The notes under the pieces are model-generated. The model saw nothing but the letters and a program-made list of their open reading frames with translations. It made no database searches and was not told the DNA's origin. From Eukaryota sp. TZLM1-RC (taxonomy: Eukaryota; Protista; Metamonada: BaSk clade), in the NCBI GenBank assembly GCA_040285825.1, contig JAUPSS010000003.1:2356001-2420000 (forward strand): a stretch of 64,000 nt of DNA, in the 5' to 3' direction. Positions 1 to 12,557 of this stretch are shown here, in pieces; the first letter of the stretch is position 1; each line of letters starts with the position of its first letter. The translations under genes were made by a program, and so were the position numbers.

Positions 1-559
1 AGCCCAACGGGGCAGTTGGTCGGAACGATAACCAGCAACACGAGTAGCAGTATGATAGGAGTTTGAAAGAGTAGTGTTTATACCTAAAGCAGCCAAAAGA
101 AATAAGCATTGATCAGCCTACAAGTGGTAGAGATGTCGAGAAGCGTGACGTAAGGAGCTGAAAAGATTCCAATCAGAGCCAAAGTCGACTCCTTTCCATG
201 AAATCAAAGGGCCAACTTCATCAAGATATCTTGCAATAGTTTCAGTGGGCGTGAGAAACATGCTACCAGCTTTAAATTAAGTGGTTTTCTTACAATTCTT
301 ACAGATCCTTTCGGTTCCTCCACTTTTCAGTACAACATTATCCCCAGCAGGTGATTGTTGTTACGTAACCCTTTTTGCCATTTCTCTTTACTATATATTG
401 GAAGTAAAATTTTGTCAATTTTTTTCACCAATATCTCTATTCTTTAGTATAAACTTGTGTATTCCTTAGTACTCTTCTTCATTAGAATACAAGCAGCTCG
501 AATTTGAGAACAAGGATATCCACAGTGTTTTGTTTCACTACATGAACAAGTCCCTTCAT

Positions 560-1320
560 TCAAAACCAGAAGACCTTTTGGGGTGGGTTGTTGCAAAGAC
601 GGAGATGATTTACTTCGTGCTTAACTTTTGAGGGGCAATCACGAGCTAGATGAACTTTCTGATGACATTTGAAACATGTCCCGTCAGCCAGATTGACAGA
701 CTTATGGGATGAACGAGACTTCATACCAGCTTGACGCACAGGGTCAGTATTTTCAGAAACAGTCTTGGAAGACCTGTTTCAAGAAGCTACTCGCGTGCAA
801 TCAAGTAGTTCATCCTCCGCGGTATTTACTTAATGTAGGAAAATCGGGGAATACCTCGTCCGAATTCGAAAAATCAGAGATTTCTGCAGTCCTAATGGAA
901 GAATACCCTTTGGCGAATCTGATCATGAAGGTTGAGTCAGGCAATTTCTGTCCGGAAGCCCTGCATTTCGCCTGAAGAAAACGTCTCAGGTAGCAGGACA
1001 TACGTTCACGGACATCAACCTTCAACTCAGACATCACCAAGTTGAATTCCTCGTACGAGGAAACGAGGTGGAGGATCTAAGATGATCCAGAAACACCTCA
1101 TCGGATGAATCAACCCCAGGTCTTGTGAGAACCAATGATTCTAACGAGAAGGGGTCAAGGAGGAGCCTTGCTGGAACAAGGTCCTTCTTCGGTGTAACAG
1201 AAGAGTACACCTTCCACTGTTGTAGGAACAACAGAACATCATCCACTCCCATAGAAACAAGAGAATATGTGTAGAAATCACCTGTAATGAGGCCCATCAA
1301 TTTTAGATGTCATCAGACAG
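560..1320 (-). pseudogene. LTR-retrotransposon gag remnant with CCHC zinc knuckle
   Basis: Minus strand ~700-625 translates VNLADGTCFKCHQKVHLARDCPSKVK (Cx2Cx4Hx4C). Upstream fragments are ORFs 810-1040 and 1034-1300, with stops and frameshifts. Boundaries are approximate. Confidence 0.65.
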
Positions 1321-1940
1321 AAGTTCTAAAGCTGTTTAGAGATAAAAGAAAGTTATAATTATGTACTGTGAATTTCAATCGAAATGCATATTTTAGGTGA
1401 AATTCACCCTCTTTCATAATTTCCTCACATTGCTTTTTTGATGACATCTTTCTCAAGTGATGCATGTAAACAGCTTGATTTTAACACACATGTTGCTACA
1501 CAACCGTTGAAGTCTCCAAACACTCCAAATCCCCTTTCTCTTGAACAATTCAATAACAGTCTCAGTATTCCAGTCAGTGTCAACTACTACCTTTCAAGTA
1601 GGGGAAATGCTCTATCAATTAAGAAAGTTACATTGTTTTATGACAAGATAGAAACTTGGGATACCACAACTGTAGAACAGTTCTTCTTAAAACATTTCAA
1701 ATCAGTTCTTGTAACGGAAGGTAAAATGCTGAATAGTAGTAGACTTTCCCTTCTTTTAACATAAACTTTGTTGACTTAATAAAGGTTTATTCCAATTGTC
1801 TACTGAGATTTGGATTGACTAGATATGATGACTGGTAGAAATTTCTATATCCAGCATGATCAAATATGGCTCTACAATCGACTCTCATATGATTGTTCAA
1901 TACGAAGTGTAATATTTCAATTTGATTCAAATGTGATAAG

Positions 1941-3815
1941 TAGGATTTCGATTTGAGTCGAGTCAAGTTAACTCGAGTCAAACTTATCTGACTCGACTCG
2001 ACTCATTCTTACATTCATTGACTCGACTCGACTTTACATTTTTGATTACTGTTCTGTTCAAATATCATGTCATATCAAATAAAAATCATACTTTATTTCA
2101 AATCGTTCAAACGTAAAAACTAAAATCTACTCACCTCACTATAACTAACTATCAACCATTATGTGTTGTTTTTTATACCATGACCTTAAACATAACAAGC
2201 ATCTTGCAGTATCTTCGTTCAAACGAGCTCTCTTTTTGCTGATTATTTGACTAGCGGCTGAAAATAGGCGTTCACTTGATGCGGAACTGGGTTGTACAAC
2301 AAGATAATCTTTTGCAATCTTAGCCAAGCTTGGATACTTTTTCTCATTCTCCATCCACCACAGATAGGGATCGGTTTCATAATCTACAATACCTTCCTTG
2401 AGATAACACTTCAGTTCATTTTCGACATGGAGATTGGTTACATTGGATTTCTTGGCAGCGACTTTATTGAACAATTCCTTTTTCCTTACTGTTTGTTTCG
2501 TTCCAGCTTCTACATTGGTTGGTTGACTAGTTGAACTCACTGATTGAATCATTCTATTCAGATGACTAAAGTCAGCATCGACTTCTTGTAGTTCCACTGG
2601 TAGGAGACTTGGATTGTTTTTAATCCTAGGGTCCAGAATAGTTCCAATCAAAGTCATTTCGTCGTACAATAAACTTCTATACGGTACACGGTTTCTACTC
2701 CCACTTTCCCACTTTTTGAGAATATTTGTAGATGCTTATTTGACATAGTCAGGTATGTTCATTGCGGTAATCAAATCTCTGGCTTTCTGGATTATCAAAT
2801 TCATTGATACAGAAGCCACACCAATTGTACACGACTCACTTTCAACATCATCAGTGGCGTCCTTAAAGAGCTCCAGAATTTCAACAATTATCTTCAAGTG
2901 TAGCTTTTCTATGTCAGTCAATAAGTATTTAGCAAGGGATTGATCACCTTGAAGAAGCTGTTGGACACAATTTGCAACTTCACGATAAGCTGCCAGCATT
3001 TGATAAAAAGAATTCCATCTTGTTTCAACATACATTGGAATCGTACTGAGGTTGTAACCAGCATTTTTAAATAAACATTTTAAATTCTGGTACAGTTTGT
3101 GTGATCCATGAAGCTCGAATACAAACTCTTTTATTTTTCTTGTGAAATCAGCTGTCAAATTGACATAATCTTGTACAAAATATTGAAAACATGAGCAGAA
3201 CATCTGCGACCATTGGAAATCCAATTTGCAGCATTTGAAATTGCCAATTCGTTGTCCGTAGTGACAGAAATAATTCTCTCTTCAAGATGAAAATCTTTTA
3301 CGATAGCAGAAAGTCCAGAAATCAAATGAGATTCATCATGAGGGTACGGCATTTTTCTCATGTCAAGAGCAACATGGCACGGCTTGAAATCATTGTCTAA
3401 CCAATAGGCTGTTACTCCCAAAAAAGAACTTTTGGCTACTGAAGACCAAAGATCCGCTGCTAAAGCGATTTTCGATTTTGACGCTTGGAGAGTGTCTTTG
3501 AGTCTAGACTGTTCTTCCTCAAACAGCTGTTCACAGACTTTTCTGAGTATCCTTTTTCGTCAGCTCAAATTCCGGATTTAGGGCAGCAATAAACAATTGA
3601 AAACTCTCATGTTCGACAATATTAAAAGGCAGATCACAATCCACCAATACTTTGAATAAACCTTGGAGCATTTATAGTTTCTGCTTCTTTTGCTGTTGAG
3701 GAGTCCTGAACAGAGTATTTGATTGAATGGGATTGTTTTCTTTCCAGGTAGGATGTTGAGAATCGAGGTGCCTTTTGATTGTGGTGGTCGAAAGAGACTG
3801 CGAATTCCAGGGTGT
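1941..3815 (-). mobile_element. hAT-family DNA transposon remnant (fragmented transposase)
   Basis: End of a BED finger (STTTN..KRHLDSQHP, frameshifted, ~3800), ADLWSS..FLGVTAYW, VETRWNS, and the hATC dimerisation domain WW..KYPSLAKIAKDYLVVQPSSASSERLFS (ORFs 2145-2669, 2736-3224, 3155-3421). Candidate terminus TAGG at 1941 is followed by GAGTC/GACTC subterminal repeats. Confidence 0.9.
1952..2034. repeat. Subterminal (GACTC/GAGTC)n cluster of the hAT element
   Basis: gagtcgagtc, ctcgagtc, gactcgactcgactc and gactcgactcgact lie within ~80 bp, downstream of the transposase stop. Confidence 0.7.
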
Positions 3816-3844
3816 CAATATGTGATAATGGACACCATCCTTTC

Positions 3845-4560
3845 TTAGTGACTCAGTAATGTGAAGATGTTGGTGGAGCCATCAAGAATTATTTCACTGC
3901 GAGGTCCACCATTTGTATAACAGAAACCGTTCTTTATTAAGGATTTTAAGAAATATATGAACGAAAGACGATTGAAATCTCCTTCTTGTATGTGACAATG
4001 AACAATGCCATTCAACTCTATGGACACGACACAAGAGATCTGTTTGAATGTCATTGGTCTACTGAAGCAATATCCAACATTTTCCTTAGGAGATCTACCC
4101 ATTGTTCGAACAAAGTCATCTTTTTGAAAAGAGATTTTATCGATAAACATCAATCGATTCTGGAGTATCGGTCCAACCAGTCTGTTAAATCGGACCACAA
4201 AATTGACAATTGGCTCACGTTTTGCTCTTCTGACAACTTTTTGGAATTTTTTGTATGAAAAGCCTTGATTCACAAGGGCTTTATGAATAGTGGATATCGA
4301 GACTTTTATGTTTCGAGTCTGCTCAAGAATGTCAGCAATTTCTTTCAAGTATAATAAGGGCTGTTCATTCACAAGATCTGTGAGGAGTCTGATGTCTTCA
4401 GCAGTGAAACATCGGGAAGGAGATGTTTGTGTTTCAGGCTTTGGAGTAAAAGCCTTTACCAGCCATCTAGATATTGTTTACTGCGAAACAAGGAAGAATT
4501 CAGCTACTTCAGCTTGACATTTCTCCAGCCATAAGCGTTTCATTCATTCAAGGCCTCTCC
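3845..4560 (-). pseudogene. Tc1/mariner-IS630 transposase remnant
   Basis: HTH region PLLYLKEIADIL..KVSISTIHKAL..GFSYKK, DDE_3-like FIDKISF..GRSPK and IILDG. C-terminus is lost at the hAT junction. Confidence 0.8.
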
Positions 4561-5454
4561 AAAATAATTAGCTGGTAGTTGTGGTCGTGTTTTTATATTG
4601 CAATGTACCTGATGATCGGTGAAAACAGTGATGACCCATACATTGTTCTAGTCCAGTCGAGAAGCCCATAAGTGGAAAGGACAAGCAGAATCGGAGAAAT
4701 CAACAGCATATCTGTTAGTGTTGTTTCACTTGAAAGGTACGAACTGCTTGTTGATTTGCAGGGCGTATTTTCAAACTCTATATATCAGCTAGTTCTTGTT
4801 GGGAAAGGAATCACCCACTTCCAATAAGGTGGTTGTGGCGTAGGTTGATTGTGTTGGATCTTCCATGAAATACAGTTGGTTTTTAGATAACGTTTGTAAG
4901 ATATGGAAACGGGAATTGCTTGTTTGCGAAAAGGTGAAGTGGGGTTGTTTGATGCAATATCCGTAATTTCTAATTTGTTTGGGTTGAGTGGTACAGCGGG
5001 TTTTCAAATCTTCTTCAATTCATCGTAAAAGTAGAGGGTTTTAGCAGGTGCGTCGATAACTTTTGGGTGTGGTGGCCCAAAGGCATCATGCATGTCTTTT
5101 AGAAGTTCCGTTAGTTGAGAGAGTTGAAAGTCTTTCAGTTCAATTCTTGCTTCAGAGACGTTTAAGTCTTTTTCTTTAGTTAGTTTCTTTGTAGGTTGTA
5201 ACATCAGCTGATCAAATTCAGCTTATAAATACTTAAAAATCCTTATTCTGTCTTTTCTCCGTTTAATTTGATAAAAATTCCGTTTTCAGATAGTAGTTCA
5301 ACCTCACATCCTTTTCCTAATGCCATTACTTCAATGGCATTCATTGATAAGACCTCAACAATTTTTGAATACGCAGGTACTCCTTCATTCACAGCTACTG
5401 GAAACACTATGTCTGTAATGGTAAATTGTGAGTTTTTCCCTTATTACGTGCGCC

Positions 5455-6240
5455 TTAAATGGATAAATCCTTCAAAAAGTCTATGAAGAGAGATCTTGAA
5501 TATTGACTTTTTCTGTTTTGACAATGAAGGTAACCATCAACTGTGTTGGCTACAACAAAACCAACAAGCTCATCTTTACATCGGGGCTGTATCGAGACCT
5601 CTTCACCACTTGGGGATCGACCGTACTTCCTTGGAAAATCTTCAACGCGAAAACTCACTTCATCAATAAATACTAATTGTTCTTGTACCACAACTCCATT
5701 GAATTTAATAATATTGTTGCAAAAGGTAACTATTAAATCGAGACCTGCTCGCTGTGTCATTCTCCTTGTTTTTTTCTGGTACACTTGCACCGATCAACAA
5801 GACAACGATGAACCGTTGAGATCGAAACTTTTTTGTCCAGTTCTCTTTCAATTATTTTTTTTATTTCTCGTAAAAACAACAAAGGCTTTTTTCAATAACA
5901 GTGTGATGACAAGAATGTCATTATCAGTCAAAATAGTTCGTGGGTTTGTGTTGGAAATGGATGGGTGTACATTTGTTCTTTTATTGCCCTTCTTTTCCAA
6001 AAGGTCAGTCAACCATTTGAAAATAGTACTCTGATTGATTCAAGAAAATGACTAATCTCAGCTTGATATTTCTTCAAGTACAGAAATGTGCCAAGAGCTC
6101 TAACATGAGTATCCTCAAAAGCATGAAGTCGTAGAGCTTTCAGATGAGATTGTTCATCAGAACCGAAATCGTTGAAATGATCTTTTAAGTAGTTAATATC
6201 ATCATGTTCCATCAAGAAGTCGAAATTGTGAGGCATCAAT
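5455..6240 (-). pseudogene. Second Tc1/mariner-IS630 transposase remnant
   Basis: VFIDEVSF..YGRSPSGE in ORF 5455-5790. Frameshifted upstream PLLFLREIK..KVSISTVHRCL is homologous to the 3845-4372 copy. Confidence 0.75.
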
Positions 6241-8999
6241 ATGGTTGTAAAGTCGTAGGAAAGGGGAAAATTTTAAACGGAGGGACTGTTGGCGGTTAAC
6301 AGAATTTCAGAAAGGAATTATGCACTACACAAGATTACCCCAGAATAACATTTTGGAAAACTCATCTATTATGACTATGACTAAGACGTAGTTAAATCCC
6401 TGTCTTTTAAAAAAGTGAGTAAAAAGTATGATAGAAACTCATTCTTAAACGAGTATCACATCACCAAATGAAATCCCCAGATATTTGCTAAACTTGTTTA
6501 TCATGAACTACAACATCAAGTTGTAAGAGCAACAAGCTACAAAAATTAAACACCCTTGCAATATTTGATCCTTATATTTGCTTGTTAATTTTCAGCTCGT
6601 AAAATCGATCTTTCGTCACAAGGTTTATGTTTGGTGCAATCAGCTCTTAAAAACTAAGAGAAAAAGAATCAGTTGCTACAGCCATAAAAAATTGTAAAAT
6701 AATCAGTCTCATCAATTAACTAACAGAATCAATTTTTCAACAGCAGCGGCTTTTGCACACACATCGTGTCACCTTTTGATCTCAATCATTATGAAACTTC
6801 AAAAACAATTTCCATTTGTTCTCACATTTGTTTATTTCACTTTTCATCTTCTAAAACAACTGTTTGAATAAGGAGCTTAGAATTAAATAACAACCAGTTG
6901 ACCGTTCAAAAAGCAAAGAATATAGTTGTTTGGCACGCATAGGCCAAAAGCTTTGAATCACCTTAAACCCAGTTGTTATGTACTGAATTCAATGGTTATG
7001 GAAAAGTAATTTTCACATGAAATTGTAGAAAATTCTTAAGCAATCTTGAACGAGTAATTCCCGATTCGTAAGATTCCACAAGCTAATGTAGAAGAGAATT
7101 TTCAGAATATTATTACTAGTGGGGATTACTTCACAGTTCAAAAGGTACAATTACAACACCTACAGAATGGTGGTTACTAAGTTGGAGCTAGTTTTTTACA
7201 TCTATAAAATGTGGTAACAGTTCAATTTCAAACATGTTGGTCTTTAGAGGAGAAAATTGACACTTTGTCAGATTTTTGCATTATTTTGAGGTTGCTCGGT
7301 TTCATTCTAGATGATTTATTAAACAACCTAAAACAAACACAAAAACAAATCACGTGAATTGGACAAGATGAGCTGTTGTACTTGAAGTACTGTGTTATGT
7401 TCTCTAAAACTTTTGTTTTGTTTCTTTAAATTTTTGATACAAATCTCCTATTTTCTGTAAATTTGTCGCACTGTCACCATTTCTTTGTCTGGTTGGTGTC
7501 AGTGTGGTAATAAAGACAAGTAGGAATCATAGTTAATATTGAAGTCTACTTGGTTGCATTTGTTCTACGCGTGGGTAGTTTCAGTGAAGCAAAAAACGTT
7601 GCCAATTTTGGATTTCACAAAACAGCAAAAGCTTCATTCATTTTTTAAGGCTCCATCATTTTTGTGACACTATTTCATATAAACTGCAGACGACGAGCCA
7701 CGCGTCCAACCATAGGGATTTTGCTGCTTTTACACAATTGTTGGTTTGCTACGCCAATGTAGAGTACATCGTTCAGCATAAAGAACGGTTTAGTGAACAA
7801 ATTGACTGCTGCCACTGTCACTCATCTTATCAAGAAGACAAGAAAGTACAGAGTAGAGAAGTAGGACAAAACAAAGCTTGTTGTCCAGAGAAGCAACGAT
7901 ATGCAGTATTGAGCACTATCAATGTATTATGTTTTAGTTTTAGTTCTAGTATGTTATGGTTGGAATGGTAAAGACTGAATTGATGAAAGTAATTGATCAT
8001 ATTTGCCCAGGCGGTTTATTTGGGCGAAAAAAAAGTTGGCGGAAAAGGAATTTATTACATTCAAAAAGATAGTGTTTGACCCATCCCCATACAGTTTTTC
8101 TAGTAAAGAGTGCGAAATAAAGTACACTTTCTTTTCAATAAGCATAATACTTTAATTATAAAAACAATACATATGACATTGAGGCCTAGGTGAAAAGATA
8201 AGAGGGAAGTAGAACTTTCGTAACCTAAAGTATCGAGTGCTATACACCTTTCAATTGGAATTTCCTTCAATAAAATTGTTTCAAAAATGTACTTGCAATA
8301 ATTCATAAAAGAATTTCAATACAAACAAATGATCAACCGATGATGAAACAATAAAATAAAAAACAAGGAATGTTAATCAATATGCTAAATACTGATATAG
8401 ATTTGAAATTACATGAAAGCAGTAATTACTAGCACTACCTTGTCAGCTGTTTTTCTAAAGTCTTTGCGAGTTATTTGTATAATTTGTTGACTAGTGGTGT
8501 CATGTTCAAGTTCTCAAGGCGGTCTTTCCTTTGAATTTGAAATTTAGAACCTTTGAAATCGAGTCAACAATTTCGAAAGTTGGCCTTTGACATCATCAAT
8601 ATTTCCAAAGAAGACAAAAAACAAAAAACAAACTGATCGTAATTGGTAAAAGGGACGTTGACTTCATAAATAAAAAAGTCTATAATTATAGTTTTTTATA
8701 TTCCTTGATGATAAACTTCCCCTACCTGCTTGTCACTATGTTCAATTGTTTGTTCAATTATGCCTAACTTCGTAGTATGTTTTCACTTCATTAAAAGGCT
8801 ATTGATTGTTAAAACACTCAATAGTCCAAAGGAATTATCAAAAAGAGTCTCTATTTACAGATCAAAATACAATACCTCACAAGTTACGGCGAATCATACA
8901 ATAGACATATTGTTTAGTTAAATACGATCTGATCTGATAGGACTAATTTTGATGAACCAAAAAAGGTATTTGAATACGCATGAGAATTTCATAAAAATG

Positions 9000-9072
9000 C
9001 TCCCTGACTGGGACTCGAACCCAGAGTCGTTCGATTAAAAGTCGAACGCGCTACCAATTACGCCATCAGGGA
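9000..9072 (-). tRNA. tRNA-Lys (anticodon TTT)
   Basis: Reverse complement TCCCTGATGGCGTAATTGGTAGCGCGTTCGACTTTTAATCGAACGACTCTGGGTTCGAGTCCCAGTCAGGGAG gives a full cloverleaf with a TTCGA/TCGAA anticodon stem and GTTCGA T-loop. Confidence 0.96.
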
Positions 9073-10561
9073 CATGTTGCAGATAGCTTGATTTCCAAAA
9101 TTGAGAGTTGGCAGATCCTAGTTCTGAATTTCCGACCATAGGATCAGCAAACTCTAGCTTTGCAGCCATAACACCGTATTCAAAAACGTAGCCTCATCAT
9201 TTATTTTATTATACTAATATCCACAATTGCAAAATCAACTTCTATGAGTGGAAGTTGCTGTGCACAACCACGCAGACAAAGGTCTCCAACAACTGTCACG
9301 GTAGTTGCGCTCAAAAACGAGACCCCATAGATGGTGGCTATTTTTTTGTAAAGATCGCAGGTTGAATCCCTCCGCAGGTGTTGTAGTCAAAGTGGAAGAC
9401 ATGGAATTTAGGAAAAAAAGAGTCTCCATTACGAGTGTCAAGTACAACATGCTATAACGTTAAAAATTTTATTTCGAAAATGCCCTAATTTATGGAAAAA
9501 AAAGTTGTTTGTCATGACACTTAATGACGTTATGCCCAGTTTTGAACTGAAACCTAAGGAAATTCTTGGAAAAGAAATCCGTTATTGCCCTTTGAAAAAA
9601 TTTCAAACATCATACGCATGAAGACAAACTTGGTCTCTTTCAAGTGAAGGATCAATACGAAAATTGGAGTAACCTCACAGGGACTGTAAATGGTGGCTTT
9701 TTATCTGTAAATCATACAGAAAAACTTGAATTAAAAACAAAAACAAACATAGAAACCATGAAGACGACATTGAAGAAGCTTAAGCTGATAGAAAAAATTT
9801 GTATCCACTGCATCTTGTATGAATGGGAGACTCTAAGGAGAAATTAATAATTTTGAATAACATATGTTTGATACCTGTTTATCGCGAAAATTTTGGAAGC
9901 TCAATCCAAAATCGAATTGTCTTACAAATAATGATGACTGTTAAATCAAAGCGACCAAAACATGTGCTCAAAGTTGAAAATGCAAATACGTTTTCTGATT
10001 TTTAGTACTCAGCCTTCTCATCGGGCTCAGCTTTCTCATCTGCTCAGTCTTCTCATCGGAAACAATTTTAATGGAGAAAAGTTGCCCATTTCTGTTAACC
10101 TGTGGATTTACTACATGATCATCGTTTGTTTGTGTTATTTGGCATCAAAATCAAGAAAATGTACATTATTCAATTGTCTTCATTGCACAAAGAATATTTC
10201 AGAATATTTCAGTAGCATTGACTACATCACAAGTGCAGACATCATCGTTTCAGAGTTTTTGATCTCAATCATAATTGTTGACCACACACCATCTTCGTGT
10301 GATCACATCTGATCACTTAATTTGCTTAATTCACTGATATTTTTTCATATCAGAAGTGTACTTTGGTTTCTTGAGCTAATTGAAAATGCCAGCAGTTTTG
10401 TATTTTGATTGTCAGTACAATCATTGACAAATATATACTAGTAAAATGGTGTACAAAGTTGAGAAAATTCACACTACAAATGTGATCACATTTGGACATG
10501 TGTTGAGATCAAGAAGTAAGTTTGAATTTTGAGAAACCACTAAAGATTCCACTATTTGACA

Positions 10562-11890
10562 ATGGTCTCTCCTCTCGTCACAGGGACGGATTCAGGCTAT
10601 GTCAACTCTACGATCTCTGCCATGGATACCTCCTTCACGTCTTCCCTTCTCGAGTCTCTTTTCTCAGGCTCACTATCTGATGTAACTATTACTGTACAAG
10701 ATGAGGTATTTGAAGCACATAGAGTCATCCTTTCTGGTGCTTCTCCTGTGTTTAAAGCCATGCTGCATGGAGAATTCAAGGAAGCAGTCACTGGTGAGAT
10801 CTCAATTGACGAAAATCCAAAAGTAATCAGAACTTTTCTTGAATTCATCTACACAGGCAAGGTCAATTGCGAAGTTACTCATCTAGATAAACTTTTTGAA
10901 GTTTCTAGAAAATACCAAGTGGATGCTTTGTATGATGTTTGTATACGTATGTTTAAAAATAATTTGAGTCCCGTTCAGTTGATGAATACTTGTAATTCTC
11001 TTTGCTATATATGTAATAATGTGGAAGATGACCAAAATTTTGCACCAATACTATCTCAACTAGCTGACAATATGAAAATCCTACTCAGAGAACGCTCTTT
11101 TTATTCCTTAAAGTACGAGTTTTTACTTCAACTTCTCCATCATTATATCATTGTTGACTCGGAAATTAATTTGTTTGAAGCATTGGTTCAGTGGACAAAA
11201 AATCTTGAAGGTGGACTAGACAAAAACACGAAAGTTTTCCAATCTTTAATGTATAGAGTGGACTTTGTAGAGATTTCTAGTGCTGATTTGGCTAGTAGAG
11301 TTAATCCTTTTAGGAAATACTTGCCAACCGATTATTTGATGGATTGCTTGTTGCAAAAGGGCCACCCTGAACATCCATGTAATAGACCTGTCAGACAACC
11401 CCCTATAACATTTAGTAACAATGACAAGGATGATCAGATCATAGTCGAATCACCTACACTACTTACTGTTTCAGCAAATTCTCGTAGCAACACCAATCAA
11501 AATGGTTATGGGGGCCCTCATTATTCCATGCCAAACACTTATAAGACTATTTTGGGATCTTTTCCATTGGTTAGAGGTAGAGTCTATAAATGGAGAGTTA
11601 GGTTCAGCGATCCTGCCTGGGTTCATTACATTGGAATAACTGAAAAGAAAAATGTTTTTTTCGGGTACAGATATTGCAATACAAAATATGCGATGGGATG
11701 TTCCCACAATCAACTTTCGAATTTTGTGGAAGTTGAAGTAGATCTGAGATCTGAACAAAACATGATAACTGTTCGAAATGCTTCTGATGGCAATACCATC
11801 TACTCTAATCAGTTCATTTCTTCTTCAAATGATTATTATCCATTGTTTGTTTTCTACTGCAAGAATCAGCTGAAAGTTGAGTTGAGTTGA
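10562..11890 (+). CDS. BTB/POZ-BACK domain protein with C-terminal SPRY/beta-sandwich-like region
   Basis: SDVTITVQDEVFEAHRVILSGASPVFKAML..F.E, FLEFIYTG, BACK-like SEINLFEALVQW. First ATG is at 10562. Confidence 0.9.
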   Translation: MVSPLVTGTDSGYVNSTISAMDTSFTSSLLESLFSGSLSDVTITVQDEVFEAHRVILSGASPVFKAMLHGEFKEAVTGEISIDENPKVIRTFLEFIYTGKVNCEVTHLDKLFEVSRKYQVDALYDVCIRMFKNNLSPVQLMNTCNSLCYICNNVEDDQNFAPILSQLADNMKILLRERSFYSLKYEFLLQLLHHYIIVDSEINLFEALVQWTKNLEGGLDKNTKVFQSLMYRVDFVEISSADLASRVNPFRKYLPTDYLMDCLLQKGHPEHPCNRPVRQPPITFSNNDKDDQIIVESPTLLTVSANSRSNTNQNGYGGPHYSMPNTYKTILGSFPLVRGRVYKWRVRFSDPAWVHYIGITEKKNVFFGYRYCNTKYAMGCSHNQLSNFVEVEVDLRSEQNMITVRNASDGNTIYSNQFISSSNDYYPLFVFYCKNQLKVELS

Positions 11891-12213
11891 AGATTTTTGT
11901 AAAACTAATTGTATTTAAGGAGCAGAAATGATTTACTCAATTTTTGCAATATTTGCCAAAAGTTTAGTTTACAAATGAAATTGAAAAATGAACAAATATA
12001 CAGACTATAAATTTTAATAAAAAAAGATAAGAAGTAAGACTAATAAAAAAAATAAAACTTTCATCAACTCGGCCTTGAGTCACAATTATTCATTTGATAA
12101 GGGAGATTTATGGTAAAGTATTTCTAAATCACACTTTGAACCTATATGCCATATTCTGACTGCCACCCATAAGCTGACGTATGTAGAGGGAGAAAATCTC
12201 AGTTAGACAATGA

Positions 12214-12393
12214 TTGTGCAAATCTTCAATTCCCAACAGTTATGGCCTTCTACTTAATGATCACCAATGGACCACTGCAATAAGAATGAGATGTTTTCTA
12301 TGGCCTTGTTCTTTACCAAATGATTTAATTTGTCGCTGCAAGAGTGTTTTTATGCTTTCCCATATTTTAAACGGTAAGTATTTTATAACTTAT
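12214..12393 (+). mobile_element. Fragment of a REL-type non-LTR retrotransposon, cut by the gypsy element
   Basis: YGLLLNDHQWTTAIRMRCFLWP..LICRC..HILN..FITY is homologous to YGTLLSDSAWTLNMRFRSFIWP..LICKC..HLLNCKHFITF in the 47-50 kb copies. Confidence 0.8.
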
Positions 12394-12557
12394 TGTTGGC
12401 GCCCTAAGGCTTTTATAATATGAATAGAAAATAAATTATCTTTATCTCAACCACTTTTGCAACCTAAGGCAACAATAATTATTGGCCGTATTAGGTTATA
12501 GGTATACCGTTTACACAACTCACAGCTATCAAACAGAGGATATCTTCAGCAGATATC

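Noticed and set aside
6300-10400. Short ORFs in AT-rich intergenic DNA (also 1438-1764, 24.1-24.8 kb, 43.3-44.7 kb, 51.5-53.0 kb)
   Set aside because: No recognisable domains. Some, such as ~43500-43800 and ~44400-44560, are probably very decayed non-LTR pieces but are too degenerate to call confidently.
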